Assembly (NCBI GenBank): GCA_951406725.2
Contig: OX597818.1
Coordinates: 18,786,001-18,850,000, forward strand
DNA: 64,000 bases
DNA from: Octopus vulgaris
Taxonomy: Eukaryota
Direction of reading: 5' to 3'
Below, one piece after another: positions 25,672-38,841 of this stretch (position 1 is the stretch's first letter; the number at the start of each line of letters is the position of its first letter). Made by a program: the position numbers and the translations under genes. The notes under the pieces are model-generated. The model saw only the letters and a program-made list of their open reading frames with translations. It did no database searches and was not told the origin of the DNA.

Positions 25672-26120
25672 TGGCGGCAAGCGGGCATCTTTTTTAACGC
25701 ATCAGACAAAATGCTGATCGGTATATTTTCCAGTTCTTTACGCTCTTAGATCAAATACAGGCAAGGTTAATATTGCCTTTCGTCCTTTGGAAGTCAACAA
25801 AATAAGTACAATTTATGCACTGGGGTCGATGCAACCGACTTAGTCTGTGCTCCTAAGTTTCTGGTGTTGAGCCAAAATTTGAAACTAGTATATGGTGTGT
25901 TAAAGTCGGCGAGCTAGAAGCATCGTTAAGAAGTCGGAGAAAATACTGAGCGGCATTTCTTCCGGTTTCTTATATTCTGGTTTCAAATACTGCCGAGGCC
26001 AACTCTGGCTTTCATCCTTTCAGGGTGATAAAATAAAGTACCAGTAAGATGTTGGGGGTCGATGTAATCGATTTGCTCCCTCCCAATAAAATCATTGTCG
26101 TCGTGCCAAAATTAAAATTA
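25672..26120 (+). mobile_element. Two adjacent SINE family B copies (25672-25890, 25903-26120)
   Basis: ggcggcaagc/gtcggcgagcta heads; cctttcatccttt..ggggtcgatg cores. Confidence 0.75.
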
Positions 26121-26520
26121 TTATATGATTATGTTATGTGATATGGTTAGTTTATGTTTTATGATATGTTTGTATTATTATGTAAAATGGTTGGGTTATT
26201 ATGTGATATAGTAATAATAATGTCATATGATTAAGTTATGTGGTACTGAGATGGATATATTCGATGTTCTTTTGTGCAACTTGTAAGTTTCTAGCTGGTT
26301 TAATCGAGTTTCGAGCAGTCTTGAGAAGGTATGGAGGACATAAATGTGATGCACTACATGTAAGGCTTTGTGTGCGATTTGTTGACGTGTGTTGGTATTA
26401 GCTGGTATTAATGAAAGAAGAGTGCGCGAGAAGATGGATCTCCCTGGTACACATATTCAGTTATTATAAATTCCACATGCCTTGTTATAGCGGTGATGGC
26501 GAATGATATTGAATATGTTT

Positions 26521-26742
26521 AAGGCGACGAGCTAGCAGAGCCGTTAGCACGCCGAGCAAAATGTTTACAGGAATTTCATCCGTCCTTATGTTCTGAGTTG
26601 AAATTCCGCTGAGGTTGGTGTTACCTTTTATCCCTTTCGGGATCGATAAAATAAGTACCAGTTGAGCACTGGGAGCAATCTAATCGACTAGCACTATCCC
26701 CCAAAATTACTGGCCTTGTGCTAACATTTCAAACCAATATTG
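26521..26742 (+). mobile_element. SINE family B copy
   Basis: aaggcgacgagctagcagagccgttagcacgccg...ggccttgtgctaacatttcaaacc. Confidence 0.8.
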
Positions 26743-28514
26743 AGTATGTTCATGTTACTTATTGATTGCGATCACATTATTTATGATGAAAATCTTGGCG
26801 GACTACGAGGTTGGAGTGTAACTATAACTGTTATCTGTATCAGAGCAGTTGTTGTTGGCGGTGGTGCTGTTACTGCTAGTATTGTTTAAGTTCAATTGTT
26901 GTTATTTTTCTTGGTGTCTAGCTTAGTGTCAATAAATAAATTACCAGTCCAGAGCAATAGATAGGTGAAATCGTTAAGAGAGGTAACTATTTCGGTTCTT
27001 TACGTACTGCGTTTAAATCATGCCGTAACCTACTAGGGTGTAAGACAAAAGATCGCCTAGTTAAAGTGCCTTTAGAGGAGTCTTCTTTGTTGTATACATT
27101 CGCGGAAGAACTCCATTTTCAGGGTATTTTGTCTCTCTATTTACTATTACTTTCAAAGGCCCTGCGAAGGCTCATGTGCATTACCTTTTCTTACTGACTA
27201 ATCGATTAAAAAGACCCTGATCAAAAAGATTGTATTAAACAAATGTATTCCATTTACGACTACTTGATATTTTTCATTTGATTTCTTGCCATAGTGCATA
27301 CATTATCCAATGTGTCCTTCCTTTTGTAAGTCAATAGGATGTGATTTGATGGTGATTTGATTAATATTTCTCGCAAGTTGAATGGCTACATAAAAGTTGA
27401 TTGATAATAGTAGTGTTAACGGTATTGGTGCCGGTGGTATTATTAGAGGTGGTGCTTATGGCTTTTTAGGTTGGTTTTGCTAGTTTCGGCATTGGTGGGG
27501 TTGGTGTAGCTAACGGTGACGTTGATGTAACTAATGATTGTGTTGCGGTGGTGCTATTGACGGGAGGGTTGCTGTTGGTTGATATCGATGTCGGTGGGGG
27601 GGGGGTGTTGAGCTTGTACTATCGATGATGTAGCTGTTGGCAGTAGCACTAGCATTACTAATGGTAGTGATAGTTATTTTGATGTTGAGGGGCGTTACTC
27701 ATAGCGGGGTGTTAGTTTGACTGATGGTGATGTTGATCAACTTGATGGTGGTGGTCGTGTTACTGATGGTGGTATTAGTGATATCAATGGTGATGGTCAT
27801 GGTGACACTAATGGTAGTTTGGAGATACTGAGCGGACTCTGGTTTTGATGGTGATACTAATTGTGATAGTGATGATCGCAATGATGCAGGTTTTTTTTTA
27901 AATCGTCTCTTTAACAACAGGTCAGCCCTCTTCACTCAGGCCTATCACCCTGAGCACCAACATCATTTAATCAATTGATCTATCCCAATCGAGACAATCC
28001 CATTTTTTTCGTATACCTTTTGCCATTGCATTTTAAAGGACATTGGCTGACATTTCTAGCAGACAAGACAGGCGACCACGTAGAGGTTCCTTCTTTGGTG
28101 CTAACATACATGGTGGAGATATGGTGATGGTGATGGTGGTGATTGTAATATCGATAGTCTGGGTGAAGGTGTGGATATTATTGATTTCCTTATAGGTAAT
28201 GCAGCTGTGCTGCTGTTACTGTTGCAGCTGATGGTGTTGGTATTGCAGCTGCGGGTATTGTTGCTTCTCATCTGTTGCTGTTGTTGTTATTCATGTCGGC
28301 ATTGCAAAATTTTATTGTGACTATTTTTCTTGTTTTTCTTTCCTTTGATTTCATTGTATATTGTTGCGTTGTCGTTTCTGTGATCATCATTGTTGTTTGG
28401 GTTTTGTATTCATTTTTGTTGCTATTTTTGCTAATACATTTTTTTGCTGTTCTTTCGATATATTTTGTTGTTGTTTGTATTTCTGCATGTTGTTATTATT
28501 TCTGTTGTTGTTTT

Positions 28515-29107
28515 AAGGCGGCGAGCTGGCATAAATGTTACCACGCTGGGTGAAATGCTTAGCGGTATTTCCTCTGCCGCTACGTTCTGAGTTCAAATTT
28601 TGCCGAGGTCGATTTTGCCTTTCATCCTTTCGGGGTAGATTAAATGAGTACCAGTTACGCACTGGAGTTGATGAAATCGACTTAATCCGTTTGTGTGTCC
28701 TTGTTTGTCCCCTCTGTATTTAGCCCCTTTTGGGTAGTAAAGAAATAGGTATTTCCTCTGCCGCTACGTTCTGAGTTCAAATTCCGCCGAGGTCGACTTT
28801 GCCTTTCATCCTTTCGGGTAGATTAAATAAGTACCAGTTACGCACTGGGGTCGATATAATCGACTTAATCCGTTTGTCTGTCCTTGTTTGTCTCCTCTGT
28901 GTGTAGCCCCTTGTGGGCAGTAAAGCAATAAGTATTTCGTCTGTGTGTACGTTCTGGGTTCAAATTCCGCGGACATTGACTTTGCCTTTGCCTTTCATCT
29001 TTTTGAGGTCGATAAAATAAGTACCAATTGAATACTGGGGTCGATGTAACCGACTTCTTCCCTCCCCAATATTGCTGGCTTTGTGCTTTTAGTAGAAGGG
29101 ACTATTT
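28515..29107 (+). mobile_element. SINE family B head-to-tail trimer (period about 183 bp)
   Basis: gtatttc.tctg..g.tacgttctg recurs at 28564, 28748 and 28931. Confidence 0.85.
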
Positions 29108-29735
29108 CTATTATTATTATTTATTATATTGATGATGTTGCAACTGTTCTGGCTATTTAAACTCTGTTCAACGCGGGATGGACAGGCCTGTAGCCAAAGG
29201 TATTCCAACCGTGACCATTCACCGAGACCATCCACCGTGACCATCCTGTTTTTTAATGAGTGTTATATAGGAACTACATAATCTAGAGAGTACTACACAC
29301 TAAAGAGTCCCAGATGCTAGGGCACCATTTAAGGGAGATTTAGCTGCTATTTCTGACAAGTGGATCAAATACTAAGTAACTCATTTTTGGGGTCTCTTGC
29401 TATTGTTAGTGTGTGTTGGCGTCACGGTTGACGTGTCCTTACATTGGTTTTCAATTTTTGTTTTTCTTTTTTTGACGTTGTTGATGCTGCTGCTGATGAT
29501 GATGATGATGAGATTGATGATAACGTTGATGATGACGATAACGATGATGGTGATGACGATGGCGACGACGACGATGATGATGAGGAGGAGGAGGAGGAAG
29601 GGGAGCAGGAGGAGCAGGAGGAAGACAATGATGCTGATGAATATGTAGCTGTGGCCGTAAATACTGTTGTTAGACTGTTTGTTGTTGTTGTTGTTGTTAT
29701 GTATCTCAAATGTTGTTTCTGTTGCTGCTATTGCA

Positions 29736-29770
<35 letters not shown>

Positions 29771-30347
29771 ACTTGTTGCTTCCAAGAAAGTCCAGACATT
29801 TTTGTCTCTGTGTTTTGTTGTATTGCTTGTGTCATGGCTGCTATTGCTGCTGCTACTGTTATTTATGATGTCTCTGCTGCCGTTGCTGCCGTTGCCGGTC
29901 GTATTGCCTCTGTTGTTGTTCCCGTTATTGTTACTCATTTTGTTGCCACTATTGTTGTTGTTGTTGCTGCTGCTGCTGTTGTTGTTGTTGTTATTGTTGT
30001 TTTTGTTGTTCGGTTTGCTTTATTTCGTCTTCTTGATATCGTTGGTGAAAATGTGAAGACTGTTTGAAAGGCCACCTTTTGCTGACTTTTGTTCGGCGAC
30101 AACGTTTCTACTAGCTCTCCATTTGTTAATTCCGTGCTCCGTATCTGTAGGAAGACAAAGGATAGCTAAATAGGCGAAAAAAAAAAAAACCCCAAAAAAA
30201 AACAAGCACATATTTAGCAAACTGTATAAATAGATATAGAGATATGACGGTAGACTGATAGGTAGATAGACATGTGGATACATGGCTAAATAGATTGTTT
30301 GATAAGTACATAGACTGATAGATTGGTAGAAGTTTGACATATATATG

Positions 30348-30429
<82 letters not shown>

Positions 30430-30434
30430 GTATG

Positions 30435-30467
<33 letters not shown>

Positions 30468-30647
30468 GTATATGAAGAGAGAAAAAAGGAGAGAGAGGGA
30501 GAGAGATGCTAGGTAGATAGACAGGTACAAAGACGGATAAATTTACTATTACATAAGCAGATAACCTCATAGATACCTAGAAATGAAGCTAGTTAGATAT
30601 CTACCTTGTAATATCCATTTTTAAATATATAGCTAAATGGGTAAGTG

Positions 30648-30703
<56 letters not shown>

Positions 30704-31814
30704 CATACATACACACACACATATATATAGATGCATACATTCCCCCATATATATATATATAGTTAGTTAGGTAGATAGATAGATACACAAACGTATTATT
30801 ACTATTAGCCCTTTGCATTTAGTCTGGAAGAGTAAAGTTCATAGGTCATCGACGTTTCTAGAACTTCACGGTCTTGTCCTGTGCATGACGTAATTATTTA
30901 TAATGTGTAACTGTTGTTGTTATACAGTTGGCGAGAACCAGGGGAATGACGTGATAATGCGCTCTTATCACCGGTGTATTAAAAAGAAATTTTTAACCTT
31001 TAACTCCGTGCTTCTCTCGGCAATCAGGTCTTTGTGATATTTCTGTTGTAATTTCTCGTTAAATTTTCGTTTCGCTATTAATATATTTTCAATGACTAAT
31101 CTTCCGGTTTGTGGCAGATGTTGGGTCAGATTTATTCTATATAGGATGATTGCGTCGACAACAAATATTTGTCTATGGGGTGTATTTGTTTATTCATCCA
31201 TTTATTTATTGGTGTTTGTATAACGTGATATGTTGTAATGGATTCTTGTAAATATATGGTGAGGCAACGATGTAATGTAGTTTCTGCGTGGCGAATGCAA
31301 CAGTTAGCGATTATTAAGTTGACAAATTTCATACGTAGCATGCACGCTTGCAGTTTGTTATATATGTAATATGCTTAACTCCATAACTCGTGTTGTTAAT
31401 AATTTATGACGATTCAAACACTACAACTTTCATATGAAGCCAACGAGAAAATTGAAAGCTTGAACGATCACTAATGATATTTTACATTTGAACAACATTA
31501 CTGCAAGCAAGCGATTCTTGTATTTGGTGATCGTCACAAATGTTTCAATCACACATTTGGATCTGCACATAATCTCGTTTCGCGTATTGATAAATTCGAC
31601 GTTAGAGGGTTAATTTTTGTGCATTTGTGATATATTATTAATACCAATACGTGGTTGGATGTAATGCATGTTTTGATCTGTTTTATGGGATTTTTCCATT
31701 ACTCTGGGTCAGGCTACCTTTAGTTCATGAAATACTTTACATATGGTTCATTTACGTACACTATGAATCTCTCTTTCTTTCTCTGCGTATCTGTTTGTCA
31801 GTCTGCCTGTCTGC

Positions 31815-31891
<77 letters not shown>

Positions 31892-32106
31892 AATCTATCT
31901 ATCAATAGAAATCTAGCTATCCCCACCTCTCTCTATCTTTCTCGTTATGTATATATATATATATATATTACAGAGATGTACTTGCATAGCAAGTGACCTG
32001 ATCTGAGATCGTGTGCTGGAACGAAAACTATTGCAGCGTAGAAGGCGTTTATAAGCCATTTTAGAAACACAAAACCCGTTAGATTCACTTCAACATTTAA
32101 ATTTAA

Positions 32107-32157
32107 TTCGTCAAAATATTTTCGTCGCTTCGAGACCGCGACCTCTTCACTGACAAA
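32107..32157 (-). ncRNA. Minimal hammerhead motif, G3 variant
   Basis: TTTGTCA-GTGAAGA-g-GTCGCggtctcgaaGCGAC-GAA-AATATT-T|TGACGAA; G3/G8 cannot pair in this copy. Confidence 0.6.
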
Positions 32158-32226
32158 ACTCCGTGCTGCATCTGAGAAAGTAACAGTTAGTTCATGATAT
32201 ATGTGTACGTATGTATGTGTGTATGT

Positions 32227-32327
<101 letters not shown>

Positions 32328-32329
32328 TA

Positions 32330-32615
32330 ATGGACTCTCCCGTCGTTGGACGACGTATGAGGGGTCGATAATGTCTTATCGAACAACTACACAGATGATT
32401 TGTTTATAGTGATCAAATGTTTCTGTACACATAAGCTCACTCCCGACATCAAATTGACATTACCTGTACAGGTGCAACTGGGTACCACATGTCAGGTGCC
32501 GAAATGCTCGCAGAGCACCGTGAAATGATGTGCTTTGTTCAAGAACGCAACAAAACACCGGTCTGGGAATCGAACCCACGATCTCGCAATGGTGGATGCA
32601 ATACCCTAATCACTA

Positions 32616-32617
<2 letters not shown>
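32330..32617 (-). mobile_element. SINE family C-like copy
   Basis: Minus strand cttagtgattagggtatt...gtgggttcgattcccagaccgg...ttcttgaacaaagcacatcatttcacggtgctc. Confidence 0.65.
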
Positions 32618-32683
<66 letters not shown>

Positions 32684-33166
32684 TTGGCTGATCTTGTCTT
32701 GAGATAACCATCTCACATTCAACCTGATAGTTCTGATTTACTTTCGTCCGTGAATATTCATCACTATAGGAATCAACAAATAAAATGATAGTAAGATCCC
32801 TGAAAGCCATTGGATTTAAACGACAAGAGCTGCTTACAGCACTTTTGCTACTCCCTCGGTCACCATACTAGGTCCTAGTGACAGGTATTGCAAGATGACT
32901 GATACTATTTTGACGGCAAGTTTTATGTCAGTGTATTTTCTTCTAGAATAGCTGCTTTCCCCACTGCTTCGCCATAAAAAATGGGTGTCTCTTCTACGCA
33001 TGGGAAATGTATTTAACTTGTAGATGGAACCCGAACAGGTGCTACTGTTCCATGTAAGAACGGATCTAGGAGTAATGGAAATTAAGAGGTGACTCCATGC
33101 CTCCATATCTCCAGGACTCCCGTGTACTTTTTATTTTGTTATGTAATATTTGAACTAACAATGTGT

Positions 33167-33263
33167 GCGGCTGAAGAGAGCTTTAAAAAATCTTTTATAA
33201 TAATAATATATCTATGCTGATGTAATAACAGATTGTTTATAAAGCTTGAAACACGTGGACCGC
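33167..33263 (+). ncRNA. Hammerhead motif with long stem II (U16.1G change)
   Basis: GCGG-CTGAAGA-GAGCTTTA...TAAAGCTT-GAA-ACACGTGG-A|CCGC. Confidence 0.7.
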
Positions 33264-33377
33264 GATATCCTTTGTGTTCTGTTTTCAATTTATGTTTGAT
33301 ATATTCTCCCACCTCTGCCACTATCTGGCATATACAGGTGCTTACACTTATCAAGTATTCCCTGTAAACTTACAGTA

Positions 33378-33448
<71 letters not shown>

Positions 33449-33700
33449 CTCCCGATATTTTCCTAATATCAAAGTCTGAAGTACGCACAATATAAGTCTG
33501 ATAAAGTACCACTCTAAAACCACCAAATATTACTTGATTTTTTATTTAGAATTTTCACGTATACTGGCGTTGCAAATGGAGAGGGTGCAGACACATTTGC
33601 AACTCATAATTAAAGAATTAAAGATGTCTTAACGAATCTTCTGTCTTCTTTTTATCGGATTATATATATATATGTATATATATATATACATATATATATA

Positions 33701-33867
33701 GGCACGGGAGTAGCTGTGCGGAAAGTAGCTTGCTTGCTAGCCACATGGTTCCGGGTTCAGTCTCACTGCGTGGCTTCTTGGGCAAGTGACATCTCGGGCC
33801 GGCCAAAGCCTTGTGAGTGGATTTGGTAGATGGAAACTGAAAGAAGCCCGTCGTATATATATATATA

Positions 33868-33915
<48 letters not shown>

Positions 33916-34080
33916 CGAGTGTGTGTGTGTGTGTGTATCTGTGCTTGTTCCCCCATCACCGCTTGACAATCGATGTTGGTGTGTTTACGTCCCCGTAATT
34001 TAACGGTTCGGCAAAAAGATCGATAGATCAAGTACTAGACTTACAAAGAATATGTCCTTGGGTCAGTTTTTTCGACTAAA
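33701..34080 (+). mobile_element. SINE family A copy
   Basis: Matches 4243-4640. Confidence 0.85.
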
Positions 34081-34370
34081 TGCGACCGACCGGACAATTA
34101 GATATTGATGTACATCGCTGATTACAATGCGCTTTTGAATAATTTTTTTTTATCTATAAGTTCTATAGTATCTATAGTATAGCTTATTCTGGCAACTTTA
34201 TTATTAATATTTATTGCATTCTATTCCCCTCTACGTATACCCATGTGTGTATGAGTGTATATACATTCATGCATCCATGAATACATAGATGTATACATGT
34301 ATGTATATATAGGTCTATATGTGTGTATACGTATATATATAATATATAATATATATATGTATATATATAT

Positions 34371-34991
34371 CAGGGGCGTGCGGTGAAGCAGCGACTAGAA
34401 CTTTCTGTCGAATAGATATTTGGATCAAATTTACATATTCATATTATACAGCTATTTTTAAAATTAAAAGAAAATTACATCTTATATTAAAGGGTGTTCT
34501 GTAATTTGAAAAAGTATAAAATTTTAGTTGAATAAATGCAGAAGACAACGCGCGTGTTATATTTTCACCGTTTTTCCTATGTAAGTGTTTTATAACAACG
34601 TAAGATTATATATATCAAAGTATTGAGAATTGACAAAAACTTAATCTAAGCGTATAATTATTTATCAGCATCTTGAAACTATTCGTTATCATCTCTTACT
34701 AGCAAAAAAATTACCTTTGCGGCATTTTTATCGGAAAAAAATGTTAAAATGTTACACCGAAAAGAATGCATAGTCCGTGGCGCTTCCCTTTTTGTGTCGT
34801 CTGCCACTGCTTGTCTCATGCTGACTCCGACAATAAATGTCTGAAGCCTATGATGTCATGTAGTTTATATTAATTTTACAGAACATTAAAAGCATCATCT
34901 TATAAAAAATAAGTAATATAGTTCCAATTTTGTTGGTATAATTTTTAAGGGAAGAATTCCCTCCCTTGCTTCCATGGACCTCACATCTATG
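34371..34991. mobile_element. MITE with degenerate TIRs in TA runs (hAT-like)
   Basis: Left caggggcgtgcggt versus reverse complement of right end catagatgtgaggt. Confidence 0.45.
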
Positions 34992-35076
<85 letters not shown>

Positions 35077-35371
35077 CTAATTTAGAGACGCACCACTATT
35101 CCACAACTCAGTCAATGAAGAACCCAACCAAAACCATGCTGTGAGACATATACCATACAAAATACTAATCTAAAATTTTAATAATATAAAATATTGAACA
35201 GTAGGGTTATTATAGTCATATAATATATAAGTGCAAATACTTTTAAAATCACAGCGAATACCATACAAAGAAACATTCATCAAAAAATATTAATCTAATG
35301 TCAAATAAAGTATAAATTGAACAATAACAATTAATACAAAAATATAAAGTATAAAAGTAAGCACTTGTACA

Positions 35372-35491
35372 TTGACTACACGCGTTTCATGGCTGAATTA
35401 GGACTATATAAAATCATATAAGAAACCATATCCAAGTTCATTAGAACGGAAAAATGACTTTACTCCCAAAAGCAGTCACTCCTCAGGTCAA
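35372..35491 (-). ncRNA. Type I hammerhead ribozyme with very large stem-II insert
   Basis: TTGAC-CTGAGGA-GTGaCTG...CAGcCAT-GAA-ACGCGTGT-A|GTCAA; intact core, GUA site. Confidence 0.75.
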
Positions 35492-35756
35492 ATTCCTAAA
35501 AAAAAAAAAGTTTAACTTACCTCATAATATGATAAGGAATAAAAAAATAATTAGGTAATAAAATAATAAGAAAATAATAGGGAATAAAAGGAATTAAAAA
35601 ATATATATAAATAAACAAAACCTGTAATGTAATCCCTACGTTAAAGACATTAAAATTATTAAAAGTTACGAATTAGAAAATTTAAATGAAGTATTATTGT
35701 GAACATGATTAATTCATTATGGAGAATGTAAATAAATGTAAATACGTTTTAGTGTA

Positions 35757-36175
35757 TCTCTTATTATAAAAGGCAGATTTTTTCTGCCTCCCTTTGGGAG
35801 TTATAGAAATCTACAATATAGGATTTCTTCAATTACAATTTACCTAGCATTTTTGAGAGTACAATGCATCGCGTCATGCCAGGTCCAGTTTTTAAAATTT
35901 AAACTCCAATTAAGCAAAATTTACAGAAAACTCACATTCTGGTGTGTGTGTCAAATGCTTTTCTTAGTCTGGTTTACACCACACGCAAACGCACACACAC
36001 AGTGGGCAACGAATAAAATGAAAGTAAATAGCGACAGTGATTTGAGGAAGACTAAAGTGAAAGTATTCTGTCTATGACGCTGATAGATACATGAGTAAAA
36101 TGTATGGGAAGCTAAGAGCTAAGAGTGAGTGAAAATGTTCTTGGAAGAGAGTAATTAGTAATAAAGTAAACATAC
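35757..36175 (+). mobile_element. Possible Helitron 5' fragment
   Basis: a|TCTCTTATTATAAAAG resembles the Helitron 5' end at 36953; no CTAG end seen. Confidence 0.3.
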
Positions 36176-36289
36176 ACTCATACATACATACATACATACA
36201 TACATACATACATACATACATACATACATACATACATACATACATACATACATACATACATACACACATACATACATACATACATACAT

Positions 36290-36328
<39 letters not shown>

Positions 36329-36330
36329 CA

Positions 36331-36362
<32 letters not shown>

Positions 36363-36574
36363 CATACATACATACACACACACACATACACACACACACA
36401 GTATTGAAGCTTGAGAACAATCAGATACATTTGCAACACATCTGTTGAAAATATTATTGTTCACACACATACATATACATATATACATACAGACAGATAG
36501 ACACACACACACACATGATCCAGCATGGCCACAACCTCAAGGCTGAAACATATAAAAGAATAACAGAATATAAA

Positions 36575-36930
36575 TGTGTGCAAAGTACAAGAAATATTAA
36601 TGCAGTATATGGGGATTGGACAATAAGCGTAAGGCAGTGTCAATGGTGGTTCCAGAAATCCCGAGCCATAAACTACAGCCTAGAAGACGAGCCTCATCCT
36701 GAAAGATCTGTAGAACTCGACAAGGACATCCTGAAAACCCTGGAGGAACAAAATATCATCGTAACTGTTGAGGAACTAGCAGAGAAGCTTGGATTTGGCC
36801 ATTCAACCATTCATTGACACCTGTGTGCTATCGGAAAAGTCAGCAAATTGGGTCAATGGGTTCCTCACGAACTTTCCGAGTCTAATTGCATGCAGAGAGT
36901 GAATGTATGCTTTTCTTTGCTGTCATATCT
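36575..36930 (+). mobile_element. Mariner transposase N-terminal remnant
   Basis: RNINAVYGDWTISVRQCQWWFQK...SLEDEPH...TVEELAEKLG..HSTIH*HL..IGKVSKLGQWVPHELS. Confidence 0.85.
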
Positions 36931-36952
36931 CACCACTACTGCGCTATGTATA

Positions 36953-37590
36953 TCTATATATATAAAACTGTAGTTGTGTGAGTGTCTGTCCCCTTCGATT
37001 TAGATTCCTAACTACTCCCACATTTTGCGGTACAGTTTAACCAAATTCGGGTAGCTTATAGTCGTGATTCATATCGAGCCCGTCTGAATATTAGCGCGCG
37101 TCTACGATGAGTCTACGATTTTAAAAATAATTTAACATCATTTTTTATTCCATTTTAATGCATAAGTTTTCGTGTGTCGATGGCGGCGGAGTTGGCGTCC
37201 ACGCTCACACCTGCACCTGTGGGGAAGGGAGTGTAAGGAAATCAACGTCGTAATGCGTTGTCAAGGAGACCAGTGTTCTTTTAGAACAACGACTTCATGG
37301 CTTGAAGACACCAAAACAGAAATGGCTAAGAAAGCGTCTACATGAGTCTACGATTTAAAAAAAAATTTACCATCGTTTTTTTTTCCATTTTAATGCATTT
37401 TTTCGCTATTATATAAGGGAAGTAACTCTCTAAAAATGTCTACGATGAGTCAACGATTTAAAAAAAAATTTACCATCATATTTTTTCCATTTTTTATGCA
37501 TTTTTTGCTATTTTTTGGCTATAACTCTCTAAAAATGCTTATATAGTTATTTCCCTTACAAACCCGAGCAACGCCGGGCGATACTGCTAG
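36953..37590 (+). mobile_element. Non-autonomous Helitron
   Basis: A|TCTATATATATAAAA 5' end; hairpin CCCGaGCaacGCCGGG (37563-37578) then CTAG|T; three internal gtctacgatgagtctacgattt repeats. Confidence 0.82.
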
Positions 37591-38439
37591 TAAAGTTAAT
37601 AAAAGGCGTATGTCGATATTGTTTAGAATAAATTTTTAAAAACATGACTTATCTGCCGGCCAATTACTGTAGATTAAACCGAAATAAGTGTACTTTAACA
37701 TTCATACTGAAAAGTTGCGTGATAAATATGGCTTCCATTACCCAGAGATAAATACGTATTATATTTACTATAATAATATCGAAATTATCGAAAAAGAAGT
37801 TCTACTTACAGTATATTATTTATTGAAGATTTAAAATACTTAAAACTTTTAAATCTACAAAAAATAATAAATATAACACATACGAACTTTCTGTCTTACG
37901 TAAATAATGCTAGAAAACATTGTAATAATGCACATATTATCGCTGAATTCATTATTAGTAAAAAGATAGTTATTTATTCTAATTATATATAGTAATGTAA
38001 TGTTTAGTGTATTCTAAGCTAATTATATGTATTTAATGCTACTAATCAATTATAAATCGGTAACTTTTCATGGGTTTAAATAAATCGATACATTATCTAA
38101 ACTTTTTATATAAATAATTTAATGTATGCCTACATTTAATGTTACGTTCATCTTGGTGGTTAAATAATTTTTTTATTAGTAACTAATATCTCTTTAAATT
38201 CGTTAGTACATAAGCAGAATTAACTCCCTATTCTATACGATTTAGCCTAACAAACTATTTCCCATTTCAAATCGTATTTTATTCTTTTAGATTTAGGTTC
38301 ACAAATGTATTTACTAAGGCCCGTAGAATTCATTAAATTTTTGTTTTAAAAACAATGCATATATTGGGCCACCCGTGATTTGATTTTATTGGAAGTCGAT
38401 CCTATATAAAAAGTATTTATGTTATAGTTATTACTACGT

Positions 38440-38690
38440 ACCGTTACTTATAAATGGGAAAACGCATTGTAAATAAGCAACGACGGTTGCTTATTCATCA
38501 GTTATCAACCAGAATGGTAACACTCAGTTACGCAAGTCACTCAGTCTTATAATTAAAGTTGCAAAAGTGAGTATTACTATTCTGGTTGATAACTGATGAA
38601 GAATTAGGGACCCTCTGTGTATTGTACGTATACGTTTTTTTACCTGTCGTTTTTTATTCACAATGCATCTTTTCATTTACTAGTAATGGA
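38440..38690. repeat. Imperfect inverted repeat
   Basis: ttcatcagttatcaaccagaatggtaacactca versus tgagtattactattctggttgataactgatgaa, with weaker outer arms. Confidence 0.7.
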
Positions 38691-38802
38691 TTGCAACACA
38701 CGCCAGACATTTATATATATATATAAATGTAATATCTATAATGTATCTCTCTCTCTCTCTATCTCTATATATATATATATATAGATAGATGTGTGTGTGT
38801 AC

Positions 38803-38839
<37 letters not shown>

Positions 38840-38841
<2 letters not shown>

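Noticed and set aside
30970-31345. Protein-like minus-strand frames (LTQHLPQTGRLVIENIL...)
   Set aside because: Short, in different frames, weak splice signals, no family recognised
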